Source: Escherichia coli (GTDB lineage: Bacteria > Pseudomonadota > Gammaproteobacteria > Enterobacterales > Enterobacteriaceae). From it: a stretch of DNA of 64,000 nt. Below the pieces are notes generated by a model. The model saw nothing but the letters and a program-made list of their open reading frames with translations, was not told the origin of the DNA and searched no databases. Positions 39,401 through 50,644 of this stretch are shown piece by piece; the first letter of the stretch is position 1, and the number at the start of each line of letters is the position of its first letter. The position numbers and the translations under genes were made by a program. The stretch lies in NCBI RefSeq assembly GCF_045037415.1, contig NZ_CP173438.1; one strand, given 5' to 3'.

Positions 39401-39404
39401 GCAG

Positions 39405-39785
39405 TTATGCCGCACGTTCATCCCGCACCGCCAACACCTCGGGCAAATTCAACTCAATCCAGTCCGCCAGTGCAGCAACCTTTTCGCTCACCTGCTCGCC
39501 CAGCGGCGTGAGGCTGTATTCCACATGCGGCGGCACCACCGGATACGCGATACGGTTAAGAAAACCATCCTGTTCTAACGCCTGTAACGACTGCGCAAGC
39601 ATCTTTTCACTCACCCCACCGATTTTGCGCCGCAGGTCGCTAAAGCGATGAGTACCTTCGCGTAGCGCCACCAGAATCAATACCCCCCAACGGCTGGTGA
39701 CGTGTTTCAACACCTCGCGCGACGGGCACTGTTCCGCAAAGAGATTACCCTCTTTCAGTTGTTGCGACAGGCTAACCTGACTCAT
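39405..39785 (-). CDS. ytfH: HxlR-type transcriptional regulator YtfH
   Basis: ORF track frame 39405..39896; start at MSQVSLSQQLKEGNLFAEQCP; 126 aa. Confidence 0.88.
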   Translation of the reverse strand: MSQVSLSQQLKEGNLFAEQCPSREVLKHVTSRWGVLILVALREGTHRFSDLRRKIGGVSEKMLAQSLQALEQDGFLNRIAYPVVPPHVEYSLTPLGEQVSEKVAALADWIELNLPEVLAVRDERAA

Positions 39786-39873
39786 TTCATACTTACCTTT
39801 TTGTACGTACTTACTAAAAGTAAGTTTAGGTGTTAGCGTATTTAAACACAAGACAAAACGATGGAGACTTCCC

Positions 39874-40734
39874 ATGATCGCTATTACTGGTGCCACTGGC
39901 CAACTTGGTCACTATGTTATTGAATCCTTGATGAAAACGGTTCCTGCCAGCCAAATAGTGGCTATCGTTCGTAATCCGGCAAAAGCCCAGGCCCTGGCAG
40001 CACAAGGCATTACCGTGCGTCAGGCTGACTACGGCGATGAAGCCGCACTGACATCTGCACTTCAGGGAGTGGAAAAACTACTGCTGATCTCTTCCAGCGA
40101 AGTGGGTCAACGTGCCCCGCAGCATCGTAATGTTATTAATGCCGCAAAGGCGGCTGGCGTGAAATTTATCGCTTATACCAGCCTGCTACATGCAGATACC
40201 TCCCCGCTCGGCCTCGCCGATGAGCACATCGAGACGGATAAAATGCTGGCTGATTCTGGCATCGTTTACACCCTGCTGCGCAACGGCTGGTACACCGAAA
40301 ACTACCTCGCCAGCGCCCCGGCAGCACTGGAACACGGCGTATTTATCGGTGCGGCGGGCGATGGCAAAATCGCCTCAGCAACGCGGGCAGATTATGCGGC
40401 AGCTGCGGCACGCGTGATTAGCGAAGCCGGTCACGAAGGCAAGGTTTACGAACTGGCGGGCGATAGTGCCTGGACGTTGACACAGTTAGCGGCAGAGCTG
40501 ACCAAACAGAGCGGAAAATCCGTTACCTATCAAAATCTGAGCGAAGCCGATTTCGCCGCGGCACTGAAAAGCGTCGGACTGCCCGACGGACTGGCGGATA
40601 TGCTGGCGGATTCTGACGTTGGCGCATCGAAAGGTGGTCTGTTTGATAACAGCAAAACGCTTAGCAAATTGATTGGCCGCCCAACGACAACGTTAGCCGA
40701 AAGCGTAAGCCATCTTTTTAATGTTAATAACTAG
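39874..40734 (+). CDS. qorB: NAD(P)H:quinone oxidoreductase QorB (YtfG)
   Basis: ORF track 286 aa; MIAITGATGQLG Rossmann motif. Confidence 0.92.
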   Translation: MIAITGATGQLGHYVIESLMKTVPASQIVAIVRNPAKAQALAAQGITVRQADYGDEAALTSALQGVEKLLLISSSEVGQRAPQHRNVINAAKAAGVKFIAYTSLLHADTSPLGLADEHIETDKMLADSGIVYTLLRNGWYTENYLASAPAALEHGVFIGAAGDGKIASATRADYAAAAARVISEAGHEGKVYELAGDSAWTLTQLAAELTKQSGKSVTYQNLSEADFAAALKSVGLPDGLADMLADSDVGASKGGLFDNSKTLSKLIGRPTTTLAESVSHLFNVNN

Positions 40735-40832
40735 TTAATTAAAGTGGCATCCTCCCGCATCCTCTCTAATAATGACGGGATGCCGGGAGCAATCATGTCT
40801 GCTTCCTGAACTTTCTTCTGACAGACCAATGG

Positions 40833-41807
40833 ATGCCAGTAATGATTAGCGGCGTGCTGTACGCCCTGTTAGCAGGGTTGATGTGGGGGCTTATTTTTGT
40901 CGGGCCGTTGATCGTACCGGAATACCCGGCGATGTTGCAGTCGATGGGGCGTTATCTGGCGTTAGGGTTAATTGCGCTGCCCATTGCCTGGCTGGGACGC
41001 GTGCGTCTGCGTCAGTTGGCGCGTCGGGACTGGCTTACCGCCTTGATGCTCACTATGATGGGCAACCTCATTTATTACTTCTGCCTTGCCAGTGCCATTC
41101 AACGTACTGGCGCGCCTGTTTCCACGATGATTATCGGCACCCTGCCGGTGGTCATTCCTGTCTTTGCCAATCTGCTTTATAGCCAGCGCGACGGCAAACT
41201 CGCGTGGGGAAAACTCGCCCCGGCACTGATTTGTATTGGCATCGGCCTGGCGAGTGTGAATATTGCTGAGTTAAACCACGGACTCCCCGATTTTGACTGG
41301 GCACGTTATACCTCTGGCATCGTGCTAGCGTTAGTTTCCGTGGTCTGCTGGGCATGGTATGCCCTGCGCAACGCCCGCTGGCTGCGGGAAAATCCCGACA
41401 AACATCCGATGATGTGGGCGACGGCGCAGGCGCTGGTCACGCTGCCGGTTTCTCTCATCGGCTATCTCGTCGCCTGTTACTGGCTGAATATACAAACGCC
41501 GGACTTCTCCTTACCTTTTGGCCCCCGTCCGCTGGTGTTTATTAGTCTGATGGTTGCGATAGCCGTGCTTTGCTCATGGGTTGGCGCACTCTGCTGGAAC
41601 GTCGCCAGCCAGCGATTACCGACAGTGATTCTCGGGCCGCTGATTGTTTTCGAAACGCTGGCAGGTTTGCTGTACACCTTTTTACTCCGCCAGCAAATGC
41701 CGCCGCTAATGACGCTGAGCGGTATCGCGCTGTTAGTGATTGGCGTGGTCATTGCGGTCAGAGCAAAACCAGAAAAACCTTTAACTGAATCTGTCTCAGA
41801 AAGTTGA
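40833..41807 (+). CDS. ytfF: EamA/DMT-family inner membrane transporter YtfF
   Basis: ORF track 324 aa; polytopic membrane protein; start may be a few codons downstream. Confidence 0.85.
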   Translation: MPVMISGVLYALLAGLMWGLIFVGPLIVPEYPAMLQSMGRYLALGLIALPIAWLGRVRLRQLARRDWLTALMLTMMGNLIYYFCLASAIQRTGAPVSTMIIGTLPVVIPVFANLLYSQRDGKLAWGKLAPALICIGIGLASVNIAELNHGLPDFDWARYTSGIVLALVSVVCWAWYALRNARWLRENPDKHPMMWATAQALVTLPVSLIGYLVACYWLNIQTPDFSLPFGPRPLVFISLMVAIAVLCSWVGALCWNVASQRLPTVILGPLIVFETLAGLLYTFLLRQQMPPLMTLSGIALLVIGVVIAVRAKPEKPLTESVSES

Positions 41808-41865
41808 CACGCTGGCAGTGAGTTAAATAAGCCTCTGCTACGTAAGGGTTATAGCTTTTGCCTTA

Positions 41866-41888
41866 AAGATGCATTTAAAATACATCTT
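41866..41888. promoter_or_regulatory. NsrR-type operator upstream of ytfE (aagatgcattt a aaatacatctt)
   Basis: Near-perfect 11-1-11 inverted repeat about 30 nt upstream of ytfE ATG. Confidence 0.55.
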
Positions 41889-41914
41889 ATATTATTAAGA
41901 ATGAGGTATCAGCT

Positions 41915-42577
41915 ATGGCTTATCGCGACCAACCTTTAGGTGAACTGGCGCTCTCTATCCCTCGCGCTTCGGCTCTGTTTCGTAAATATGATATGGATTA
42001 CTGCTGTGGCGGTAAGCAGACGCTGGCGCGCGCGGCGGCACGTAAAGAACTGGATGTTGAGGTCATTGAAGCTGAACTGGCAAAGCTTGCTGAACAACCG
42101 ATTGAGAAAGACTGGCGTAGCGCCCCGCTGGCAGAAATCATTGACCATATCATCGTGCGCTACCACGATCGTCACCGCGAGCAGCTGCCGGAGCTGATCC
42201 TGCAAGCGACTAAAGTCGAGCGCGTTCACGCCGACAAACCGAGCGTGCCAAAAGGGCTGACAAAATACCTGACTATGCTGCATGAAGAGCTTTCCAGCCA
42301 CATGATGAAAGAAGAGCAGATCCTCTTCCCGATGATCAAACAAGGCATGGGCAGCCAGGCAATGGGACCAATCAGCGTGATGGAAAGCGAGCACGATGAA
42401 GCGGGCGAACTGCTGGAAGTGATTAAACACACCACCAATAACGTCACACCGCCGCCGGAAGCCTGCACCACCTGGAAAGCGATGTATAACGGTATTAATG
42501 AACTGATTGATGACCTGATGGATCACATCAGCCTGGAAAACAATGTACTGTTCCCACGCGCGCTGGCGGGTGAGTAA
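41915..42577 (+). CDS. ytfE: Iron-sulfur cluster repair di-iron protein YtfE (RIC)
   Basis: ORF track 220 aa; [22 protein letters not shown]... Confidence 0.95.
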   Translation: MAYRDQPLGELALSIPRASALFRKYDMDYCCGGKQTLARAAARKELDVEVIEAELAKLAEQPIEKDWRSAPLAEIIDHIIVRYHDRHREQLPELILQATKVERVHADKPSVPKGLTKYLTMLHEELSSHMMKEEQILFPMIKQGMGSQAMGPISVMESEHDEAGELLEVIKHTTNNVTPPPEACTTWKAMYNGINELIDDLMDHISLENNVLFPRALAGE

Positions 42578-42621
42578 TCTAAAAGCTGGATGGCATTGCG
42601 CCATCCAGCATGATAATGCGG

Positions 42622-44034
42622 TTATTTCCGCAGTTCAGCAGCCCGCTTCTTACCAATAAACAACCAGCCCAGCCCCAGTGCGATAAACCACAGCGGGGTG
42701 ACCAACAGCGCCTGGCGAGTGTCATCTTCCAGTGTCAGCAACACGACCACGAACACAAAGAACGCCATACATACCCAGCACATCAGCTTGCCGAGCGGCA
42801 TCTTGTAGATCGACTTCTCATGCAGATGAGGACGCTGTTTGCGGTAAACCAGGTACGAGCAAAGGATAATTGTCCAGACGAACATAAACAGAATCGCGGA
42901 AACGGTTGTAATCATCGTGAACGCGCCAATCACGCTAGGATTCACATACAACATCACCACGCCGCCGAGCAGACAGATACACGAGAAGGTCAACCCTTTC
43001 GCGGGTACTGCGCGCTTAGAAAGTTTAGCGAACGCTTTCGGTGCTACACCTTCCTGCGCCAGACCAAACAGCATACGGCTGGTAGAGAAGACGCCGCTGT
43101 TAGCGGAAGACGCCGCAGAGGTCAGCACCACAAAGTTGATCACGCTTGCGGCAGCAGGCAGCCCTACCAACACGAACAGTTCAACAAACGGGCTTTTCTC
43201 CGGGACTACCGAACTCCACGGCGTCACGGACATAATTACAATCAGCGCGAAGACGTAGAACATAATGATACGGATCGGAATAGAGTTAATTGCACGCGGC
43301 AGTGATTTCTCCGGATCTTTGGTTTCCGCAGCGGTTGTACCTACCAGCTCAATCCCTACGAAAGCGAAAACCGCTATCTGGAATCCGGCAAAGAAGCCAC
43401 TTAAACCTTTCGGGAACCAGCCGCCATCATTCCACAAATGCGCGAATGACGCTTCCACACCAGTCGGTGACTGAAAGTGCATCGCCACCATAACCAGGCC
43501 GACGACAATCAGCGACACAATGGCGACGATTTTGATCATCGCAAACCAGAACTCCATCTCACCGAACATTTTCACGGTGGCGAGATTGAGCGTCAGCAGC
43601 AGCACTATCACCGCCAGCGAGGCGACCCAGTCGGAGAGATCGGGGAACCAGAACTGAGCATAAGCAGTGATCGCCACCACGTCTGCCATACCGGTTACAA
43701 CCCAGCAGAACCAGTAAGTCCAGCCGGTGAAATATCCTGCCCACGGCCCGAGTAAATCGGAAGCGAAGTCACTAAAAGATTTGTATTCCAGATTCGAAAG
43801 CAGCAATTCCCCCATTGCCCGCATCACGAAAAAGAGCATAAAACCGATGATCATATAAACGAAAATGATCGACGGCCCGGCAAGGCTAATCGTTTTGCCA
43901 GACCCCATAAACAACCCCGTACCAATGGCACCGCCAATGGCAATAAGCTGAATATGTCGGTTTGTGAGATTGCGCCGTAGCGACTGTTCAGCCGGAGCCT
44001 GATCATCGGCAACGACTTTTACCTGATCTACCAT
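42622..44034 (-). CDS. cycA: D-serine/D-alanine/glycine transporter (APC family)
   Basis: ORF track 470 aa. Confidence 0.95.
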   Translation of the reverse strand: MVDQVKVVADDQAPAEQSLRRNLTNRHIQLIAIGGAIGTGLFMGSGKTISLAGPSIIFVYMIIGFMLFFVMRAMGELLLSNLEYKSFSDFASDLLGPWAGYFTGWTYWFCWVVTGMADVVAITAYAQFWFPDLSDWVASLAVIVLLLTLNLATVKMFGEMEFWFAMIKIVAIVSLIVVGLVMVAMHFQSPTGVEASFAHLWNDGGWFPKGLSGFFAGFQIAVFAFVGIELVGTTAAETKDPEKSLPRAINSIPIRIIMFYVFALIVIMSVTPWSSVVPEKSPFVELFVLVGLPAAASVINFVVLTSAASSANSGVFSTSRMLFGLAQEGVAPKAFAKLSKRAVPAKGLTFSCICLLGGVVMLYVNPSVIGAFTMITTVSAILFMFVWTIILCSYLVYRKQRPHLHEKSIYKMPLGKLMCWVCMAFFVFVVVLLTLEDDTRQALLVTPLWFIALGLGWLFIGKKRAAELRK

Positions 44035-44342
44035 GTTTTTTTCTTCCTGTACCTGTCTGTGTTGTTCAGGCTCTACGGCCTTTAGTCAGTCTATGATACG
44101 ACGAATCTGTATCGGGACTCATCGATATTAGGTAACAATACGCGGGATGAATACTAAGATTTAGATCTAATGTTAATTTTATGTTTAAAGTGAGTGTCAT
44201 ATCACGGTGATAACGCGAAACAGCTCACAAAAATACACGCTTACGGGGTCTTTGCAACACAAAATAGCGCCGTTTGGCAAACTGAAGGGTTTATTGCTGA
44301 ATGCCTGCTCCCCTCTGGTTCGAGGGGAACAGAATGCGCTGC

Positions 44343-44963
44343 TTAGAGGATTTCCAGCAGTTCGACTTCAAACACCAGGGTGCTGAACGGAGGGATGGAT
44401 GCGCCTGCGCCGCGCTCGCCATATGCCAGTTCCTGCGGGATAGTCAGTTCCCATTTAGAACCTACCGGCATCAGAGTCAGTGCTTCAATCCAGCCAGGGA
44501 TCACGCCATTAACCGGAAATTCAGCGGGTTCACCACGAGCAACGGAGCTGTCAAACACGGTGCCGTCGATCAGTTTACCGGTGTAATGAACACGAACGCG
44601 GTCGGTACGTGCCGGAATTGCGCCTTCACCCTGGTTGATCACGCGGAATTGCAGGCCAGATTCGGTGCTATTCACACCTTCTTTTTTGGCGTTTTCTTCC
44701 AGGTATTTCACACCTTCAGCAGCCATCGCCTGGAAACGCTGACGACGAACGGCATCGGCGCGCTCGTGGATTTCACGCAGCGCGCGATGCACCACATCAA
44801 CCGGAACAGCCGGATGTTTGCCTTCCAGCGCATCGGCAATACCTGCAACCAGTGCTTCTGGCAGCAGCCCTTCCAGGCCAGATTCACTCAGTTGTTGCCC
44901 TACCTGCAAACCAATGCCGTAGCTTGCTTGCGCTTCGATGGTGTCAAAAGTTGGGGTGGTCAT
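44343..44963 (-). CDS. fklB: FKBP-type peptidyl-prolyl cis-trans isomerase
   Basis: ORF track frame 44343..45014; start at [18 protein letters not shown]; 206 aa. Confidence 0.93.
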
Positions 44964-45181
44964 CGTATTTCCTTTCTTAGGGTATAAAAGTAGCGGGCAG
45001 CATATCAGCCACACTTCTTTGGGTAAAACTTTGTCGCAGGAATGATGACAAATCCCGGGGAAAAAGAAACAATAGCAATATCCCGTATGAATATAATAAA
45101 GGCGGGTTTACCACGGACATCATAGCGTTAGCTTATTCATAGGCTATGATTGAGGAACAAGACGCGGAGCAGGAGGAAACC

Positions 45182-45820
45182 ATGCCCGGGCGCTTTGAAC
45201 TAAAACCAACCCTGGAGAAAGTCTGGCACGCGCCGGACAATTTTCGCTTCATGGACCCGCTGCCGCCGATGCATCGTCGGGGGATCATTATTGCCGCCAT
45301 TATATTGGTGGTCGGATTTCTGCTTCCATCTGATGATACGCCCAACGCGCCGGTGGTGACGCGTGAAGCGCAGTTAGATATTCAGTCGCAATCACAACCG
45401 CCGACAGAAGAACAGCTGCGGGCGCAATTAGTCACACCACAAAATGATCCTGATCAGGTGGCTCCGGTCGCTCCAGAACCTATACAGGAAAGCCAGCCAG
45501 AAGAACAGCCGCAAACTACCCAAACACAACCATTCCAGCCAGATAGCGGAATTGATAATCAATGGCGCTCTTACCGTGTCGAACCCGGTAAAACGATGGC
45601 GCAGCTGTTCCGCGACCACGGACTGCCCGCTACCGATGTCTATGCAATGGCGCAGGTAGAAGGCGCGGGTAAGCCGCTGAGTAATTTGCAAAACGGGCAA
45701 ATGGTGAAAATCCGCCAGAACGCCAGCGGCGTGGTGACGGGCTTAACCATTGATACGGGGAATAATCAACAGGTCCTGTTCACCCGCCAGCCGGATGGCA
45801 GTTTTATTCGTGCGCGGTAG
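45182..45820 (+). CDS. ytfB: Cell-division-associated protein YtfB (OapA family)
   Basis: ORF track frame 45146..45820; start at [16 protein letters not shown]; 212 aa. Confidence 0.9.
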   Translation: MPGRFELKPTLEKVWHAPDNFRFMDPLPPMHRRGIIIAAIILVVGFLLPSDDTPNAPVVTREAQLDIQSQSQPPTEEQLRAQLVTPQNDPDQVAPVAPEPIQESQPEEQPQTTQTQPFQPDSGIDNQWRSYRVEPGKTMAQLFRDHGLPATDVYAMAQVEGAGKPLSNLQNGQMVKIRQNASGVVTGLTIDTGNNQQVLFTRQPDGSFIRAR

Positions 45821-46451
45821 ATGAAGGGTCAACCAAAAGCCAGCTAAGGATTGTCTCTTTGATGACCTTACGTCTGGCTTCCAGTGCCTGGGGGGAAACC
45901 ATACTGATATGATAAACCAGGCCAAGCGTATGCTGGTTGATCAAATAATATCCGCCAAGCGCAGCAATATTAATATTCACCTGCAATGGGTCGATATCTG
46001 GCTTAAAAATATTTTGTTTCTTCCCTTCATCCAATAAGGATTCCATTAACTGCAAGTGCGCATGGTTAATTTCTAAAAGACGCTGTGATTTTGCATAATG
46101 CACACCCTTACTTTGATTTTCACTATGCACAATTTTTAAAAACCAGGGATTAGAAATATAATAATCCCATGTAAAATCGATTATTTTCTCAATGGCTTTC
46201 TGTGGCGGAAGATCTGAGAAATCAAGGGCCTTTTCTTTTTGTCGAATATCGTTCCAGGTATATTCCAGTACTTCGATAAATAAATTTTCTTTATTACCAA
46301 AGTGGTGATAAACCGTCTGTTTACTGCACCCCGCGGCCTTGACGATATTATCGACTCTGGCCCCTTCGTAACCATATTCGGCAAATTCATTAACCGCGCA
46401 TAACAGCAGCTTTTCTTTCAGGCTCTGTACGTTGCTGGTATCAAGATACAT
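45804..46451 (-). CDS. TetR/AcrR-family transcriptional regulator
   Basis: ORF track 45804..46523; start placed at [51 protein letters not shown] (TetR HTH); divergent from adjacent operon; 3' end overlaps ytfB by 17 nt. Confidence 0.8.
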   Translation of the reverse strand: MYLDTSNVQSLKEKLLLCAVNEFAEYGYEGARVDNIVKAAGCSKQTVYHHFGNKENLFIEVLEYTWNDIRQKEKALDFSDLPPQKAIEKIIDFTWDYYISNPWFLKIVHSENQSKGVHYAKSQRLLEINHAHLQLMESLLDEGKKQNIFKPDIDPLQVNINIAALGGYYLINQHTLGLVYHISMVSPQALEARRKVIKETILSWLLVDPSSTAHE

Positions 46452-46573
46452 AACGCTTCCCCACGACCTCTTCGTGGTGACTATCATAACCTGATTTGAT
46501 TTCAGCTTCAGAAAAAAGGGCAAAAACTTGTACTTTCATCAGGTTATCAAATGTCCTGTGATCGCCATCGCAT

Positions 46574-46595
46574 ATCAACCAACTAGATGGTTGAT
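46574..46595. promoter_or_regulatory. Inverted repeat atcaacca-actaga-tggttgat; candidate TetR operator in divergent promoter region
   Basis: 8-bp perfect inverted repeat with 6-bp spacer between the TetR gene and the SDR gene. Confidence 0.4.
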
Positions 46596-46663
46596 CTTTT
46601 TATCCTCCAGTCGCAAGCTAATCATCACTAAGGAAACAAAATTCAAAAAAAGAGAGCTATTGT

Positions 46664-47455
46664 ATGAAATCCACTCGTCCTGTTGCCGTGATTACCGGAG
46701 CCGCTCGTGGTATTGGAAAGGGCTGTGCGCTGGAGCTTGCGCGTGGCGGATTTAATCTGCTGATTAATGATCGTCCGGATGCGGATAGCGTAGAAAAATT
46801 ACATGCCACACAACAAGAATGTCTGGCGGAAGGCGTGGAAGTGATTTGCTTCCCTGCTGATGTGGGCGATCTCTCCCTGCATGAAGAGATGCTCGACGCA
46901 GCGCAAAACCAGTGGGGACGTCTGGACTGCCTGCTCAACAACGCAGGCATTTCAGTGAAAAAACGCGGTGACCTTCTCGACCTCGAACCAGACAGCTTCG
47001 ACCAAAATATTGCCATTAACACCCGCGCACCGTTCTTCCTTGCTCAGGCATTCAGTAAGCGCTTACTGGCACAGCCGAAACCGGAAGCAGAACTGCCGCA
47101 CCGCTCGATTATTTTTGTCAGTTCCATCAACGCCATCATGCTGGCGATGAATCGCGGCGAATATACCATTGCCAAAACTGCCGTCTCTGCCGCTGCTCGT
47201 CTGTTTGCTGCTCGCCTTTGTAATGAACAAATTGGCGTATATGAAGTGCGTCCTGGTCTCATCAAAACCGATATGACTATTCCGGCAACGGCCTATTACG
47301 ACGAACTGATTGCCAAAGGTCTGGTGCCGTGGGGACGTTGGGGTTATCCGGCGGATATTGCTTCCACTGTCCGCGCGATGGCGGAAGGTAAACTTATTTA
47401 CACCTGTGGTCAGGCGGTCGCCATCGACGGCGGCTTAAGTATGCCGCGCTTCTGA
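46664..47455 (+). CDS. Short-chain dehydrogenase/reductase (3-oxoacyl reductase-like)
   Basis: ORF track 263 aa; TGAARGIG cofactor motif; YxxxK (YTIAK) catalytic motif. Confidence 0.8.
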   Translation: MKSTRPVAVITGAARGIGKGCALELARGGFNLLINDRPDADSVEKLHATQQECLAEGVEVICFPADVGDLSLHEEMLDAAQNQWGRLDCLLNNAGISVKKRGDLLDLEPDSFDQNIAINTRAPFFLAQAFSKRLLAQPKPEAELPHRSIIFVSSINAIMLAMNRGEYTIAKTAVSAAARLFAARLCNEQIGVYEVRPGLIKTDMTIPATAYYDELIAKGLVPWGRWGYPADIASTVRAMAEGKLIYTCGQAVAIDGGLSMPRF

Positions 47456-47464
47456 GGCTGAATC

Positions 47465-48307
47465 ATGAGAGATCTGTTACAACGCCCGGATTTATTCAGT
47501 ATCAATACCGCGACACTGGGCTATAAAACGCCGCTACCCGCCATTATTGATGCCTGCGCCGCACGCGGTATTGGCGCGATTGCCCCCTGGCGCAGGGAGT
47601 TGCAGAGTGAAGATCTCCAGCAAACCGCCCGCCAGCTTGCTGCCAGTAACATGAACGTTTCCGGTTTGTGCCGTAGCACCTACTACACCGCACCGACGCT
47701 GGCGGAGCGCAAACTGGCGATTGACGATAACCGCCGGGCGCTGGACGACGCCGCTGTACTGAACGCCGCCTGTTATATGCAGGTGGTTGGCGGTCTGCCA
47801 ATGGGAACAAAAGATCTGTACGAAGCACGGGAACAGGTGAAACAAGGGATTCGCCAGTTGCTGCCACATTCGAAAGAGGTCGGCGTGCCAATTGCACTGG
47901 AGCCACTGCACCCGATGACTGCTGCCAATCGTTCTTGTCTGTGCACGTTACGTCAGGCGCTGGACTGGTGTGATGAACTCGATCCCGATGGCGAATTTGG
48001 CCTCGGCGTGGCGGTAGATGTCTACCATGTCTGGTGGGACCCGGATCTCGCCAGTCAGATCCTGCGTGCCGGAAAACGCATCCTCGCGTTTCATGTTTCC
48101 GACTGGTTAGTGCCGACCACCGATCTGGTCAATGACCGTGGAATGCCGGGAGATGGTGTCATCAATATTCCGTCAATTCGTCGGCTGGTTGAAAACGCCG
48201 GATTTAATGGCGCTATTGAACTGGAAATATTCTCACCGTACTGGTGGCAGAAAGATATTAACAGCACGCTGGATATTAGCGTCGATCGCATCGCGCATTA
48301 TTGTTAA
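47465..48307 (+). CDS. Xylose-isomerase-like TIM-barrel protein (sugar phosphate isomerase/epimerase family)
   Basis: ORF track 280 aa; family assignment from overall sequence character only; 9-nt gap from SDR gene. Confidence 0.55.
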   Translation: MRDLLQRPDLFSINTATLGYKTPLPAIIDACAARGIGAIAPWRRELQSEDLQQTARQLAASNMNVSGLCRSTYYTAPTLAERKLAIDDNRRALDDAAVLNAACYMQVVGGLPMGTKDLYEAREQVKQGIRQLLPHSKEVGVPIALEPLHPMTAANRSCLCTLRQALDWCDELDPDGEFGLGVAVDVYHVWWDPDLASQILRAGKRILAFHVSDWLVPTTDLVNDRGMPGDGVINIPSIRRLVENAGFNGAIELEIFSPYWWQKDINSTLDISVDRIAHYC

Positions 48308-48310
48308 GGA

Positions 48311-49093
48311 ATGATCATGAATGACCAACCCGTTCTGTTCAGCAGAGCGGCGGCTTCTTGCCGCCTGACATTGAACCGTGAAGATAAATGTCATGCTATT
48401 AATGAAGAAATGATCGAATCTCTCGACCATTATTTAAATGAAATTGAAAATGACACGGCATTACGCTTAGTCGAATTAACGGCAACCGGCGATAAATTCT
48501 TTTGTGCGGGTGGCGATATTAAATCGTGGTCGGCCTATTCGCCATTAGATATGGGCAGAAAATGGATTAAACGCGGTAATGACGTTTTTAATCGCCTGCG
48601 AAACTTACCCCAATTAACCGTTGCGAATCTCAACGGTCATACCATCGGCGGTGGTATTGAACTTGCCTTGTGCTGCGATATTCGTATCGCTCGCCCCGGC
48701 GCGAAATTCTCTAACCCGGAAGTGATGCTCGGCATGGTGCCAGGCTGGATGGGCATTGAGCGAGTGCTTAATCAGGTTGGTCCTGTGGTCGGTCGCCAGA
48801 TGCTGATGCTGGGTAAACGCCTGACGGCGCAGGAAGCTCAGACAGCGAATTTAATTGATGAAGTGGTAGAAAAAGAACAGGTGGAAAGCTGGATGGCGAA
48901 CCAGTTAGCGCAGCTGGAAAAATGTGGTCCGGTGGCACTGGCACATATTAAGCAACTGATTCTGGCGCTGGAAAATAAACACGCCGATTACTCGCACCAG
49001 TTGCTGGCTGGATTAATGTCCGCCACTCAGGATTGCCAACAGGCGACGCACGCATTTGCCGAAAAAGCCGGCGTGAGCTTCCACAATCAATAA
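48311..49093 (+). CDS. Enoyl-CoA hydratase/isomerase (crotonase) family protein
   Basis: ORF track 260 aa; FCAGGDIK and GGGIELAL crotonase motifs; true start may be ATG at 48317. Confidence 0.8.
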   Translation: MIMNDQPVLFSRAAASCRLTLNREDKCHAINEEMIESLDHYLNEIENDTALRLVELTATGDKFFCAGGDIKSWSAYSPLDMGRKWIKRGNDVFNRLRNLPQLTVANLNGHTIGGGIELALCCDIRIARPGAKFSNPEVMLGMVPGWMGIERVLNQVGPVVGRQMLMLGKRLTAQEAQTANLIDEVVEKEQVESWMANQLAQLEKCGPVALAHIKQLILALENKHADYSHQLLAGLMSATQDCQQATHAFAEKAGVSFHNQ

Positions 49094-49102
49094 GGAAATT
49101 GT

Positions 49103-50644
49103 ATGCGTAAGTTATCAACCGCCGAGACACTGGCGGCGCAAATTCAGGACGGCGCAACCATTGCCATTAGCGGCAACGGCGGCGGCATGGTGGAAGCTGA
49201 CCATATTCTGGCCGCCATTGAAGCGCGCTTTCTGCAAACCGGACACCCGCGCGATCTGACATTAATCCACTCGCTGGGTATTGGCGATCGCGACAGCAAA
49301 GGCACTAACCGTTTTGCTCACGCCGAAATGCTCAAACGCATTATTGCCGGACATTTTACCTGGTCGCCCAAGATGCAGGAACTGGTGAAAAACAATGCTA
49401 TTGAAGCCTACTGTTTCCCTGGTGGCGTAATTCAGGCACTGCTGCGGGAGATCGGTGCCGGACGTCCGGGGCTTTTTACCCACGTTGGGCTGGGATCGTT
49501 TGTTGATCCACGCAATGGTGGCGGTAAGTCGAATGAATGCACTACCGACGACCTGGTAGAACTGATTGAAATCGACGGTGAAACCAAACTTCGTTATCGC
49601 CCTTTCAAAGTGGATTACGCGATTTTGCGTGGCACTTATGCCGATCCACGAGGCAACGTTAGCCTCGAAGAAGAAGCGATTGATATGGATAGCTATTCGA
49701 TGGCGCTGGCAGCACACAACAGCGGCGGCAAAGTGTTCGTACAGGTACGCGATGTGCTGGAAGCAGGTACCATTGAACCACGTCGGGTCAAGCTACCAGG
49801 AATTCTGGTTGATGGCATCGTTGAGCACCGCGAACAACCGCAAACCTATCTTGGTGGTTACGACCTGACCATCAGCGGTCAACATCGCCGTCTAAGTTCT
49901 AACGACGCTATTGAACTGGTTAGTCATCCGGTGCGTCGCCTGATTGCCCGTCGGGCAGCGCGGGAACTGGTGGCAGGCGCTTCAACCAACTTTGGCTTTG
50001 GTATTCCCGGCGGTATTCCTGGGGTTGCGCTGCGCGAAGGCGTGCCTTATCAAAGTTTGTGGCTGAGTGTAGAACAGGGTGTGCATAACGGCATGATGCT
50101 TGATGATGCTCTGTTCGGCTGCGCCCGTAACGCCGATGCCATTATTCCATCACTCGATCAATTTGAATTCTACAGTGGCGGCGGCATCGATATCACCTTC
50201 CTCGGCATGGGAGAGATGGATCAATACGGTAACGTCAACGTATCCCATCTCAATGGCAATCTGATTGGCCCCGGCGGATTTCTCGAAATTGCACAAAACG
50301 CCCGTAAAGTGGTGTTTTGCGGTACGTTCGACGCCAAAGGCAGCAAGATTGATGTAACGCCAGATGGCTTGCATATCGCCCAGTCAGGTCAAATCCCTAA
50401 ACTGGTTACCCAGGTGGAAAAAATTACTTTTAGCGCCGCCTACGCACAGCAAAGTGGTCAGGAAGTGTTGTATATCACTGAACGCGCAGTATTCCAGTTA
50501 ACGGCAGAAGGCGTTGAATTAATTGAAATCGCGCCGGGTGTGGAGATTGAGCGCGACATTCTGCCGTATATGGCCTTCCGTCCGATTATCAGGCACCCAC
50601 GTCTGATGGAAAGTAGCCTGTTTATGCCAATGGAGGATGCATGA
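49103..50644 (+). CDS. Family I CoA-transferase (fused alpha/beta, YdiF/acetate CoA-transferase-like)
   Basis: ORF track 513 aa; two-domain 3-oxoacid CoA-transferase-like sequence. Confidence 0.7.
   Translation: MRKLSTAETLAAQIQDGATIAISGNGGGMVEADHILAAIEARFLQTGHPRDLTLIHSLGIGDRDSKGTNRFAHAEMLKRIIAGHFTWSPKMQELVKNNAIEAYCFPGGVIQALLREIGAGRPGLFTHVGLGSFVDPRNGGGKSNECTTDDLVELIEIDGETKLRYRPFKVDYAILRGTYADPRGNVSLEEEAIDMDSYSMALAAHNSGGKVFVQVRDVLEAGTIEPRRVKLPGILVDGIVEHREQPQTYLGGYDLTISGQHRRLSSNDAIELVSHPVRRLIARRAARELVAGASTNFGFGIPGGIPGVALREGVPYQSLWLSVEQGVHNGMMLDDALFGCARNADAIIPSLDQFEFYSGGGIDITFLGMGEMDQYGNVNVSHLNGNLIGPGGFLEIAQNARKVVFCGTFDAKGSKIDVTPDGLHIAQSGQIPKLVTQVEKITFSAAYAQQSGQEVLYITERAVFQLTAEGVELIEIAPGVEIERDILPYMAFRPIIRHPRLMESSLFMPMEDA

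Noticed and set aside
42610-43305. 231-aa ORF antisense to cycA
   Set aside because: Shadow ORF with His/Arg-rich low-complexity translation.
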